NCBI GenBank assembly: GCA_002796135.1
Contig: PCWB01000027.1
Location: 1,724 to 65,723 of the forward strand
Direction of reading: 5' to 3'
Source: Candidatus Omnitrophica bacterium CG11_big_fil_rev_8_21_14_0_20_41_12
Lineage (GTDB): Bacteria > Omnitrophota > Gorgyraeia > Gygaellales > Profunditerraquicolaceae
Length of the DNA: 64,000 nucleotides
The translations under genes and the position numbers were made by a program. The notes beneath the pieces were generated by a model. That model was not told the origin of the DNA and searched no databases. It saw nothing but the letters and a program-made list of their open reading frames with translations. This document shows positions 18,732 to 28,169 of this stretch, in pieces (within the stretch, counting starts at the first letter, position 1; each line of letters begins with the position of its first letter).

Positions 18732-19115
18732 TTATTTTTTCTCTCTTTTTTTCTGACACTTGATGCACAGCCTGGCTGAAGGAACCGCTCTTAAGCGGAT
18801 TTTAGGAATGCCGCCTTTACAATCGTCACAAATACCAAATGTTCCCTCTTCAATTCTCTTTAAAGCATCATCTAATTCATAGAGTGATTTTCTTTCATTA
18901 GAAGCCAGGCCCAATGAAAACTCACGGTCATAATTATCGGTAGCCACATCCGCCATGTGATATGTATATCCGGAGATATTCCCAGAGGCCTCTTTTTGCG
19001 ATTTTCTTAAAGTATCGTCAGAAATATGCTTAAGATCGTCCAATATTTCTTCCTTCTTCTTAAGCACGATTTTTTTAAAATCCTTTAAATCCTTTTTTAA
19101 AAATCTTTTTTTCAC
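18732..19115 (-). CDS. DksA/TraR-family C4 zinc-finger protein
   Basis: C-terminal CDDCKGGIPKIRLRAVPSARLCIKCQ (Cx2C-x17-Cx2C) preceded by an acidic coiled region. It is ATGA-coupled to ileS. Confidence 0.7.
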   Translation of the reverse strand: MKKRFLKKDLKDFKKIVLKKKEEILDDLKHISDDTLRKSQKEASGNISGYTYHMADVATDNYDREFSLGLASNERKSLYELDDALKRIEEGTFGICDDCKGGIPKIRLRAVPSARLCIKCQKKREKK

Positions 19116-21898
19116 TTAACTTCCCCCTTCACTACCAGAAGGCAATTATCACAAATTAAAGGATGCTCTTGATCCTTACCTACCTCTAAAGAATAATTCC
19201 AGCAACGCAGGCATTTAGTTCCGCTTGCTTTGCCGACTTTGATAGAGAGCTCCTCGCAATTTCCCTTCTCCAGAGTGATCTCAATCTGTGAAACCTTAAA
19301 AATCTCACAGAGCTCAACTCTAAAGCTTTGTAAGAATGTATACCGTTCCTGGTCTTTTGTCAATATATTTATTTGCGCGTCAAAGGAGCTGCCGATGCTA
19401 CCGGCAGAGCGCATCTCTTCCAAAGCTTTTGCCGCAACCGGGATCAAATCAATGACCGGTTGAAGCTTGCTTTCCAAGAGCCTATCCTCCTGGCTGAAAA
19501 CATATGGCTTTGGCCAATCCAGAAGATGCACGCTTATAAATTGAGACTGATCTTTTTCTTTGGGCATATTCTGCCAGATCTCCTCAGCGGTAAAAACTAA
19601 AATCGGAGAGATAATCCTCACTAAAGAATTAAGCACTTCATATAATGCGGTTTGGGCTGCTCTCCTCTCTGGCGATGCAGCAGCGCAAGTATAGAGCCTG
19701 CCTTTAGCCATATCCAGATAATACATCGAGAGGTCTTCATTACAAAAATCATAAATTAATTTATAAGCCTTTTGAAACTGAAAATCCTCGTAAGCCTTAT
19801 CAACCGCAAGGCATAAGGAATCCAGGCGCAAAAGTATCCATTTATCAATTCTTCGAAAATCTTTATCCCCTGCTTTATGAATATCCGGATTATAATCATA
19901 CAAATTACTTAAAATAAAACGCGCGGTATTTCTTATCTTGCGATACGCTTCGGATAAGCGGGTTAAAATCACCGCCGAGATGCGAATATCTTCATTGTAA
20001 TCGCTGGAAGCAACCCACATCCTTAAAATATCAGCGCCGTAATCTTTAATGATCTCAAAAGGCGAAATAACATTGCCGGCTGATTTTGACATTTTCCGCC
20101 CCGACCCATCGACTACAAAACCATGGGTAAGCACATTCTTAAACGGCGCCAGCTCCTCTACACACACCGAAGAAATAAGCGATGACTGGAACCATCCGCG
20201 ATGCTGATCCGAACCCTCAAGATAAAGGCTAGCAGGAAACTCCAATTCTTTTCTTTTCTTTAATACCGCCTGCGCGCTTACCCCGGAATCAAACCAGACA
20301 TCCAGAATATCGGCGCCTTTGGAAAAATTCTTACCTTTACAATGCGGACAGCTTACATTGCCTTCGAGAAAATTCTCAATCGGCTGTTCAAGCCAACAAT
20401 CCGTACCGGTTTTTACGCTTTGACAGGCAAAATTCCTAATTACTTGAGTTAAGAGAAATTCTTCTTTGCAATCATTACAGATTAAAGCCGGGATCGGTAC
20501 CCCCCAATATCTCTGACGGGATAAGCACCAATCCGGACGCATGGCCACCATCGCCAAAATCCTCTCCTGCCCTGAGGCAGGCACCCATTTTACGTTGCTG
20601 CGAATTATCTCTTGTAATTTATTCCTTAAATCCTTATGCTCCATATTTAAAAACCATTGTTTTGTTGCTCTAAAAATTACCGGATTTTTGCAACGCCAAC
20701 AATGTGGATACGAATGCCGGATATCGGAATGAAACAACAAATTGCCGGATTTTTCTAATTTTTCAAGGATCGGCTTATTGGCTTCATAAACAGGCAGCCC
20801 CTTGAATTCTCCACAGCTGGAATCAAAAATACCTTTGGCATCAACCGGCATGATCATCGGCAGCTTATATTTGATCCCCACAAAATAATCATCATTTCCG
20901 TGGCCGGGAGCAATATGCACTAAACCGGTACCATCCTCAGCCGAAACATAATCAGCTAAAACCAACTTCCCATCTCTTGACAAAAAAGGATGCGTATAGA
21001 TCAATCCCTCCAATGCCTTTCCACTAAATTCCTTAATAATCGCATGTTCCGTAATACCGCAATTAGTTAAGAAACTAGCTAGTAAATCTTTGGCAATGAT
21101 AAAATTACCTTTTCCGGTTTTAATATAAAGATAGGTAAACTGCGGGTGTGCGGCTACGGCAACATTAGCCAATAGCGTCCAGGGAGTAGTTGTCCAAATA
21201 ACCAAAAAACTTTCATCCTGAAAATTTTTTTGTGATTTAAGTTTAAATTTTACATAAACTGAAGGCGAACCTTTATCTTCATATTCAACTTCAGCTTCAG
21301 CCAGAGCCGTTTCGCACTTAGAACACCAATTTACCGGCTTTAACCCGTGATACAGGTAACCTTTTTCATTAAGTACGGCTAAACTATTAAGAATGCTCTC
21401 TTCATAATCATGGGTTAAAGTAAGATATGGATTTTCCCAGTCGGCAAACACGCCCAGGCGCTTAAACTGCTCTTTTTGTGTTTCCACAAATTTATTCGCA
21501 TAAACATATGCAGCTTTGCGGAAATCTAATTGAGAAATTTGAGATTTATGAATTTTAAGCTCTTTGAGCAGCTGGTGCTCAATCGGCAGACCATGGCAAT
21601 CCCAGCCGGGAACATAAGCGGATGAAAACCCCCGCAAAGTTTTGTATTTTACAATAATATCTTTAAGCGTTTTATTTAAAGCATGGCCGATATGGATATT
21701 ACCATTAGCATAAGGCGGGCCATCATGCAAAATATACTTTGGCTTTGAGCTAGATTTTTTACTGATGAGCTGATAAATACCCTGCTCTATCCATTTCTGC
21801 AATGAAAGCGGCTCTCTTCTCGGAAGATCCGCTTTCATTGGAAAATCCGTTTTAGGTAAATTCAGAGTGTCTTTATATCCGGGGTTCTCAGATTTCAT
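19112..21898 (-). CDS. ileS: Isoleucine-tRNA ligase (type 1, with C-terminal zinc finger)
   Basis: HIGH region (NIHIGHALN), KMSKS (KMSKSAGN), an editing domain, and C-terminal CLRCWNY...CDNC. Confidence 0.95.
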   Translation of the reverse strand: MKSENPGYKDTLNLPKTDFPMKADLPRREPLSLQKWIEQGIYQLISKKSSSKPKYILHDGPPYANGNIHIGHALNKTLKDIIVKYKTLRGFSSAYVPGWDCHGLPIEHQLLKELKIHKSQISQLDFRKAAYVYANKFVETQKEQFKRLGVFADWENPYLTLTHDYEESILNSLAVLNEKGYLYHGLKPVNWCSKCETALAEAEVEYEDKGSPSVYVKFKLKSQKNFQDESFLVIWTTTPWTLLANVAVAAHPQFTYLYIKTGKGNFIIAKDLLASFLTNCGITEHAIIKEFSGKALEGLIYTHPFLSRDGKLVLADYVSAEDGTGLVHIAPGHGNDDYFVGIKYKLPMIMPVDAKGIFDSSCGEFKGLPVYEANKPILEKLEKSGNLLFHSDIRHSYPHCWRCKNPVIFRATKQWFLNMEHKDLRNKLQEIIRSNVKWVPASGQERILAMVAMRPDWCLSRQRYWGVPIPALICNDCKEEFLLTQVIRNFACQSVKTGTDCWLEQPIENFLEGNVSCPHCKGKNFSKGADILDVWFDSGVSAQAVLKKRKELEFPASLYLEGSDQHRGWFQSSLISSVCVEELAPFKNVLTHGFVVDGSGRKMSKSAGNVISPFEIIKDYGADILRMWVASSDYNEDIRISAVILTRLSEAYRKIRNTARFILSNLYDYNPDIHKAGDKDFRRIDKWILLRLDSLCLAVDKAYEDFQFQKAYKLIYDFCNEDLSMYYLDMAKGRLYTCAAASPERRAAQTALYEVLNSLVRIISPILVFTAEEIWQNMPKEKDQSQFISVHLLDWPKPYVFSQEDRLLESKLQPVIDLIPVAAKALEEMRSAGSIGSSFDAQINILTKDQERYTFLQSFRVELCEIFKVSQIEITLEKGNCEELSIKVGKASGTKCLRCWNYSLEVGKDQEHPLICDNCLLVVKGEVK

Positions 21899-22755
21899 TT
21901 TACATATTTACCGATAATTATACCTAAATTCTTCTTAATTCTAGAGGGGATAAGTTTTTTATCTGTAACGATTGCGAATTTTAATGCATTTTGGCAACTA
22001 CATTTGCGTTCAGGCTTCAATTCTTTGATCACTTTAGAAATTATTTTTTTAGCATTATCAACATTTTTCTGCAAATTACTCATTACCATCTCTAAAGTTA
22101 CCGACCCATGCTCCGGATACCAACAGTCATAATCAGTAATGCAGGCAAGGGTAGCATAACAAATCTCAGCTTCACGGCAAAGCCTGGCTTCAGCTAAATT
22201 GGTCATTCCGATTACATCCATACCCCAGGAACGATAAAGCTTACTCTCGGCAAGAGTGGAAAATTGCGGGCCCTCCATATTAATATAAGTTCCGCTTTTA
22301 TGCATATTTAAATTTAATGACTTACCGGCTGTATAAATATTAGCGCAAAGCTCATGACATACCGGATGGCTAAAAACTATGTGGCTGACAATACCTTGAT
22401 CAAAAAAAGTCATATCGCGGCCGTGATTTGTACGATCTACAAACTGATCCACCACTACAAAATCCAGGGGCTTCATTTCTTCTTTCAGGCTTCCGCAGGC
22501 AGTTACCGAAATAATCCGCTCCACCCCTAATTTTTTCATCGCAAAAATATTAGCCCGGTAATTTATTTGGCTGGGCGAAATACGATGACCTACTCCATGG
22601 CGAGGAAGAAAAACTACTTCTTTATCTTCTAATTTTCCGAGAGTAAATTTATCCGAAGGATTTCCAAAAGGGGTCTTGACCGCTACCTTCTTGATTACCT
22701 CCATCCCTTCGATTTTATATAAACCACTTCCTCCGATAATTCCGATTTTTAACAT
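21895..22755 (-). CDS. mtnP: S-methyl-5'-thioadenosine phosphorylase (PNP/MTAP family)
   Basis: GIIGGSGLY...PRHGVGHRISPSQINYRANI, with an MTAP-type C-terminal extension. Confidence 0.8.
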   Translation of the reverse strand: MLKIGIIGGSGLYKIEGMEVIKKVAVKTPFGNPSDKFTLGKLEDKEVVFLPRHGVGHRISPSQINYRANIFAMKKLGVERIISVTACGSLKEEMKPLDFVVVDQFVDRTNHGRDMTFFDQGIVSHIVFSHPVCHELCANIYTAGKSLNLNMHKSGTYINMEGPQFSTLAESKLYRSWGMDVIGMTNLAEARLCREAEICYATLACITDYDCWYPEHGSVTLEMVMSNLQKNVDNAKKIISKVIKELKPERKCSCQNALKFAIVTDKKLIPSRIKKNLGIIIGKYVK

Positions 22756-22756
22756 A

Positions 22757-23611
22757 TTAAGCTCCCTGTCTGCCGGTAGGCAGGCTTTGCCCTAATTCAT
22801 CCGCTCGTTCTTTAGCTTTTTTCACTGCTTCATCCAGAGTCCCGCCTGCTTCTAATACTTCCAGGCCGGCTTGAGTAGTTCCTCCTTTTGAAGCAACCAT
22901 TTTGATTATATCTTCGCACGATAAATTCTTCTGGATCAACATAGCAATGATACCGTCAACAGTGCCTTGTGATAAAACCTTAGCCTCCCCACGGTCAAAA
23001 CCAAGATTCACCGCAGCATCGGCTAACATTTTAATAAACTCCTCCCGTTTATTTTGCGCATTAGCTTTAGCTTTGATATAATAGCAGAAAAAAGCCGGGC
23101 CGCTTCCTGAAATTGCCGTTGCGGCATTGATCATCTCTTCATTATCCACCGCCAACTCTAAACCGAAATAACTGAATATCTGCCAGGCTAATTGCCAGTC
23201 TGAATTAAACTCTAATGCGGTAGCATTTTTGCCCTTGAATAAAACAGATACTCCTTGATTGATTTGAGCCGGCATATTCGGCATAACCCTGATGATGCGT
23301 GTTTCTTCACCTAAGCGGCTCTTGATGTAGCCAGTAGTAATACCGGCGGCAATAGTAACGATTAATTTATCTTGCGTAAAAGACTTGATCTCATTTAGCA
23401 GAACATCAAAATCTTGCGGCTTGACCGCTAAAATAATAATTTCGGATTGTTTAACTAAATCAGCAGGATTATCGGCAACAGCTATATTTTTTAAGCCTGA
23501 GACTTTATTCTTATCTTTATCAAAAACACAGACCGTATAGTTCTCTCTTATGCGTTCTGCGATCGTCTTGCCCATATTTCCATAACCAATAATACCGATT
23601 TTTTCCATCAT
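22757..23611 (-). CDS. proC: Pyrroline-5-carboxylate reductase
   Basis: N-terminal Rossmann IGIIGYGNMGKTIA and the ProC C-terminal dimerisation domain. Confidence 0.85.
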   Translation of the reverse strand: MMEKIGIIGYGNMGKTIAERIRENYTVCVFDKDKNKVSGLKNIAVADNPADLVKQSEIIILAVKPQDFDVLLNEIKSFTQDKLIVTIAAGITTGYIKSRLGEETRIIRVMPNMPAQINQGVSVLFKGKNATALEFNSDWQLAWQIFSYFGLELAVDNEEMINAATAISGSGPAFFCYYIKAKANAQNKREEFIKMLADAAVNLGFDRGEAKVLSQGTVDGIIAMLIQKNLSCEDIIKMVASKGGTTQAGLEVLEAGGTLDEAVKKAKERADELGQSLPTGRQGA

Positions 23612-23672
23612 TTCCCCTCTCCCGCAATTATGGCGTTATATTTCAATGTGGAATTCCCGCCTGATTCTAAAA

Positions 23673-24347
23673 TTACTGGCGGGAAAATATCGCTCTACCT
23701 AACCTTATAATATCAGCGCCTTCTGCAATAGCCACCTCGAAATCATCGCTCATCCCCATCGAAAGCAGCCATTCAGAATTTAATTTATCACGCAATTGCC
23801 TAAGCTCTGAGAAATACGGTCGCGCTGCTTCAACGTCACTCACAATAGGAGCAATGGTCATTAAACCTTTGATTCTTACATTCTTTAGCTTTTTTATTTC
23901 TGACCAAACTTCAGATAAATCCTGCAAGGCAAATCCGGATTTTGAAGCTTCTCCTGAAGTTTTGATCTCTAAAAGAATACCCTGAACTTTATTGATCTTT
24001 AAAGCCTGCTTATTAATCTCTTGCGCCAAACTAACGCTATCAACAGAATGAATAAGATCGAATATCTTTACTGCCTCTTTTACTTTATTCGACTGCAGGT
24101 GGCCGATCATATGCCAAGTTACTCCGGATATCTGGCTATACTTTTCCAAGGCCTCCTGGACTCTGCTTTCGCCGATATGCTTTAAACCTAAACTAACAGC
24201 CTCTAAAATCTGAGCGACCGTCCTGCCCTTAGTCACACAAACTAACGTAACCTTATCAGGATCAGTCTTGACCTTCCCACAAACCTGTTCAATCCTGTGT
24301 TTAACTCTGCTTATGTTCTCTTTAATCATAGATAATATATTATACAC
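23673..24347 (-). CDS. yggS: YggS-family pyridoxal phosphate homeostasis protein
   Basis: Single-domain alanine-racemase-N-like fold with ...HIGESRVQE...HMIGHLQSNK.... Confidence 0.85.
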   Translation of the reverse strand: MYNILSMIKENISRVKHRIEQVCGKVKTDPDKVTLVCVTKGRTVAQILEAVSLGLKHIGESRVQEALEKYSQISGVTWHMIGHLQSNKVKEAVKIFDLIHSVDSVSLAQEINKQALKINKVQGILLEIKTSGEASKSGFALQDLSEVWSEIKKLKNVRIKGLMTIAPIVSDVEAARPYFSELRQLRDKLNSEWLLSMGMSDDFEVAIAEGADIIRLGRAIFSRQ

Positions 24348-24411
24348 AATAACCCACGAGGGTCAAATACATAAAAGAACAAAACGGTAAACGTTAATTC
24401 GAATTTTTGAA

Positions 24412-24894
24412 TTAATTAGTTTTTGGGGATTCAACGGTGAGTTTTTTATAAGCACCTTCTGTATCAGAATAAGCGTACATCCATACGCAACAATGTAGAA
24501 GCTTTCTTGCCTGAGAAAAAACCATTTTCCATTGGCCAAAGATCGGATTTTTAACTTTAAAATGTAATGCTTTTCCTAATCCTTCAAGCGGACCGGAAGC
24601 ACGCTTATAAGGATATAAATTACCTTTTGGATCTATCAATTTTACATCTACTAGCTCACAATCAACATACCAACCCACAAAATCATCTACATCATAGATT
24701 TCGAACGTTACAGTAACTATAGTGTTTGGTAATACGTCAAAAAACTCGGTAGCTCGGGTTTGGAACTCTTTATAATCTTTTGGAGGCTTATGTTCATTAT
24801 CTTCACCAAAAGAGACATAACATCCTGCCAGGATTAAAATTACTAATATAATAATTCCTTGTTTAATCATAAACTTTTGCTTTCTCTTTTCCAT
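24412..24894 (-). CDS. Putative lipoprotein of unknown function
   Basis: Signal peptide with lipobox LAGC (ILILAGCYVSF). No recognisable domain. It occupies the position where ftsZ would be expected. Confidence 0.5.
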   Translation of the reverse strand: MEKRKQKFMIKQGIIILVILILAGCYVSFGEDNEHKPPKDYKEFQTRATEFFDVLPNTIVTVTFEIYDVDDFVGWYVDCELVDVKLIDPKGNLYPYKRASGPLEGLGKALHFKVKNPIFGQWKMVFSQARKLLHCCVWMYAYSDTEGAYKKLTVESPKTN

Positions 24895-25000
24895 CCCTCT
24901 TCCTATTTTTTATTTCCTTTCCACTGCTTTCAGTACTATAAAAATACGTTGCTAATTTATATTACTATACCACAAATCCTAAGATTTTAAAAAATTAATA

Positions 25001-25200
25001 GCGTCTGGCTGGGCTGTGTTTTCGAGGGACGTGGAGGCAAGGAGCGGGCACGATTCACCGGCTATTGATACTCAATGAAAGCGACGCCAGCCGATCCGAG
25101 CGCAGTTACGGCACGCCGAGCCGTAACAAGCGTTCCCGAGAAAACACAGACAAAACAGATGCGTACACCCGGTGCTTAATGGTATTGCGCCGGTGTTCCG
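25001..25200. ncRNA. GC-rich, highly structured element of about 200 nt, a candidate small RNA (6S-like?). Identity and strand are unresolved.
   Basis: The segment is conspicuously GC-rich in an AT-rich genome and no ORF of 60 aa or more lies in the 318-bp gap. A long-range 18-bp closing stem pairs CTGTGTTTTCGAGGGACG (25014-25031) with CGTTCCCGAGAAAACACAG (25131-25149). There is an internal hairpin GTTACGG-N9-CCGTAAC (25105-25127) and a 3' hairpin CCGGTGC-N11-GCGCCGG (25169-25193). No tmRNA, RNase P or SRP signature motifs were found. Confidence 0.3.
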
Positions 25201-25212
25201 CAGGTGCGTAAA

Positions 25213-26466
25213 TTAAAAATATTCCTGATAAACTTCTTTGCAGCGGTTAATTACTTTGAAAAGCAGGTTCTTGGCGGGCTTTACTATTGCAAGATTTCCT
25301 ATTGTTTTACCTTCCAGGTCTTCACAGATCATTCCCAGACAGGTCAGATAAGTCAAATATTTCTGTCCGGATAGATCACTATTCTCTTTGGCTAACGCTG
25401 CAATCTCCGGATTATGGATCCTGCCGATACTTACGGGAATGCCCGTCACAGTCTCCATCATCTCAATAAATCCGTCAGTAAGCAGGGTTTTACCGACCAT
25501 AATAAAATTATCAACTTCATGCAATGCCACTTTTCTCTCCACAACCTCTTTAATCTGCGAACAGATCAGGCGTCCGAAGTTAGTGGCCATCTGCACTACT
25601 TCGCGCTGCCTGATCGGCTTATAAAATTCATCTTTCTTAACTAAAATTTCTTTATTTTCCGGAATACTGCTTGCATCCGCAATAATTCCATAGGAACGCT
25701 TGATATCTTCGGCCAGCTCAAAATTAATTTTCAATCCTTCGGAAAGCTGTTCGGTCATGCTGTTGCCGCCTAAGGGCAGGATCTGAATATCCTGCAGAAG
25801 TCCGTCTTTAAATATAAGCAACTCCGTAACATCGCTACCTACATCGCAAAATACGCTTAACCCTTTCTTTTCTTTACTACCCAGCACCGCCTTACTGGTA
25901 GCTAGCCCTGAAAAAGAAAGACTTCTGATTTCGCATCCGCATTGGCTTACAGCGCGGCTTAAACTTTGCAAAGAGGAAAGCCTAGCACAAACTAAATATA
26001 AATCTACCTCCAGCCTGTGGCTGTATAAACCGATCGGATTAATAACATTGCTTTTAGAATCTATAGAATAACTGGACGGAATCACATGAATTATTTCATC
26101 TTCTAAGCTTGAGCCCAGGATACGCGCCTGTTCATTAGCAGAGGCTATATCGGTTGAAGTAACTACTTTATTACCGCGCTCAGCAAGCGGAATAATCGCA
26201 TGGCTATGTTTAGTGGAGATATCTTTGCCGGAAAAATTAGTATGGATAAATTTTATCTTTAATCCGGATTTGGCCCGCAGGCTTTTGATGATCTTACCCA
26301 GACAAACAACCAGTTGCGTAGCGTCGACGATAACTCCTTCTTTTACTCCGCTAGAAGGCAGGCAATCAAAAAAGATATCCTCAATACGATTCTTCTTTAT
26401 TTTTGCCAATGAAGCAGAAATTTTATTTGAACCTATGTCAATTGCGCAGATATAATTATTTAGCAT
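25213..26466 (-). CDS. ftsA: Cell division protein FtsA (actin-like)
   Basis: ICAIDIGSNKISASLAK N-terminus, ...DVGSDVTELLIFKDG... and a C-terminal amphipathic tail. It overlaps ftsQ by 11 nt. Confidence 0.8.
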   Translation of the reverse strand: MLNNYICAIDIGSNKISASLAKIKKNRIEDIFFDCLPSSGVKEGVIVDATQLVVCLGKIIKSLRAKSGLKIKFIHTNFSGKDISTKHSHAIIPLAERGNKVVTSTDIASANEQARILGSSLEDEIIHVIPSSYSIDSKSNVINPIGLYSHRLEVDLYLVCARLSSLQSLSRAVSQCGCEIRSLSFSGLATSKAVLGSKEKKGLSVFCDVGSDVTELLIFKDGLLQDIQILPLGGNSMTEQLSEGLKINFELAEDIKRSYGIIADASSIPENKEILVKKDEFYKPIRQREVVQMATNFGRLICSQIKEVVERKVALHEVDNFIMVGKTLLTDGFIEMMETVTGIPVSIGRIHNPEIAALAKENSDLSGQKYLTYLTCLGMICEDLEGKTIGNLAIVKPAKNLLFKVINRCKEVYQEYF

Positions 26467-27244
26467 TATTTAGCTTAATTACCGCCTCCTTAAACCTTAA
26501 ATCAATATATTTAATATTTCCCCAATCCTTATGAGCCTGTATGACTAGTCCACCGAGAATCATCATCTTGCCTCTGATATTAGTCTCTCCGGTACGCACC
26601 TCGAACCCAGATCCCGGTAACGGAGCAGCTGGCTTTTTATAATCAACGATCAGCTTGGACAAAAGAACAAAAAAACCTGCGCTGGAAAGATCTCTCACAT
26701 CAACGCTTTTTAAAGTAAAATCACGAAATGATTTGTTGGCGTTAAATTCTTTTATAATACTTATGGCCAGATCAAGCTCCAGTCTCTTATATTTTGTCCC
26801 CGGCTTAGGAGCAAATATCTTTGTCTCTAAGCCATAGATTACCGGTAGCCCGGATTCCTCGTCAGTTGAATCCGAATAAAACAATACACCTTGCTCATCA
26901 ATTACAAAATTCCGATAGAATTTAACTAAGGCCAGCGGCTTGCGTTTTAAAAAATCAATGAATATACAATTGGGAAATACTCTGGTAAATCTTACTTTAC
27001 GGCAATCCGGGCACCCCGCAGCAACCTGGCGCGATTGGACGCCTAAATCTAAACTGAAAATATTCCTTCCCTTTAGATAATCAAATGACGCATCGGAATT
27101 TCTAACGATAACCTGCTTAACCGAAAAAAATTCCGAAGTCGTCAATACCTTCCAAATATATCCTATTAAAAAAGAGATAGCAAGTGAAATTATCGCCAGA
27201 GTAATAATAATTTTTACGGGTAGATTAAATCTTCTTTTTCTCAT
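26456..27244 (-). CDS. ftsQ: Cell division protein FtsQ/DivIB
   Basis: N-terminal TM helix and a POTRA-like region (FFSVKQVIVRN). Located at the ddl-ftsQ-ftsA position. Confidence 0.75.
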   Translation of the reverse strand: MRKRRFNLPVKIIITLAIISLAISFLIGYIWKVLTTSEFFSVKQVIVRNSDASFDYLKGRNIFSLDLGVQSRQVAAGCPDCRKVRFTRVFPNCIFIDFLKRKPLALVKFYRNFVIDEQGVLFYSDSTDEESGLPVIYGLETKIFAPKPGTKYKRLELDLAISIIKEFNANKSFRDFTLKSVDVRDLSSAGFFVLLSKLIVDYKKPAAPLPGSGFEVRTGETNIRGKMMILGGLVIQAHKDWGNIKYIDLRFKEAVIKLNNAK

Positions 27245-28169
27245 AAGCTAATTCCAATAATTTAATGCAAAGGTGGTTGAAATCTATGCCCGCAATCCTG
27301 GCGGCCTTAGGCAGAAGGCTGCTGGAGGTCATCCCTGGGATAGTATTAATCTCTAGAACATATGGACAATTATCTTTACTTAATATGATATCCGTACGCG
27401 AACAGCCAAAACAACCAAGAAGCCTGTGGGCTTCTCTAGCCGTCTGCTGAACTTTTCTAAAAATACTTTCCTCTAAATGGGCCGGAACAATATATTTGGT
27501 TAAAGCAGATTGATACTTTGCTTCAAAATCAAAAAACTTTCCTTCAGGCACGATTTCAATAACCGGCAAAGCCTCCTGCCCCAGGATCCCCACTGTAAGT
27601 TCCCGGCCGGATATAAACTCCTCAATTATTATACGTTCATCAAACTGAAAAGCAAGATCGATAGCCGCAAATATCTCTTCATTGCGCTCAATAAATGAAA
27701 TCCCGATACTTGAACCATGATTAGCCGGTTTGACTACTAAAGGCAGCCCTAGGTCATTTTTAAAAATTTTTGTTTTCTGATAATCCGTTTTATCGACAGC
27801 CCGAAATATAGGGACATCTAGTCCTCCGGCTTTTAATCTCTCCAGCGAGCCGATTTTATCCATTGCCAGCCGGCTGGCCGCAACCCCTGAAGCAGTATAG
27901 GGCAAATCCATCTTCTCCAGGATCTCCTGAATTACCCCATCCTCACCAAAGCGTCCGTGTAAAGCAATAAATGCTGCGTTTAAATTATTCTCTTTGAGCA
28001 GCTTGATATTCTCTTCCTGGTTATCCGTGGTTATTTCTATACCTACCGCCTCTACCCTTAAGCCTAATAACGCCGACAATACGGCTTGCCCGCTTTTCAA
28101 AGAGATCCCTCTCTCAGAAGAAGGACCTCCCATTAAAACTCCCACTCTACCAAAATCTTTTATTTCCAT
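27225..28169 (-). CDS. ddl: D-alanine-D-alanine ligase
   Basis: ATP-grasp fold beginning VGVLMGGPSSERGISLKSG. Confidence 0.9.
   Translation of the reverse strand: MEIKDFGRVGVLMGGPSSERGISLKSGQAVLSALLGLRVEAVGIEITTDNQEENIKLLKENNLNAAFIALHGRFGEDGVIQEILEKMDLPYTASGVAASRLAMDKIGSLERLKAGGLDVPIFRAVDKTDYQKTKIFKNDLGLPLVVKPANHGSSIGISFIERNEEIFAAIDLAFQFDERIIIEEFISGRELTVGILGQEALPVIEIVPEGKFFDFEAKYQSALTKYIVPAHLEESIFRKVQQTAREAHRLLGCFGCSRTDIILSKDNCPYVLEINTIPGMTSSSLLPKAARIAGIDFNHLCIKLLELAYEKKKI

Noticed and set aside
25001-25200. Assigning the GC-rich structured element to tmRNA, RNase P RNA, SRP RNA or a c-di-GMP (GEMM) riboswitch
   Set aside because: It has no tRNA-like acceptor/T-arm or tag ORF (tmRNA). It lacks the GGAAAGUCCGG/GGUGAAA.GGUGCGGUAAGAGCGCACC blocks of RNase P. 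It has no AGGUCCGGAAGGAAGCAGC motif for SRP and no GGCAAACC/ACGCAAAGC-type GEMM cores. At about 200 nt it is also too short for RNase P or tmRNA.
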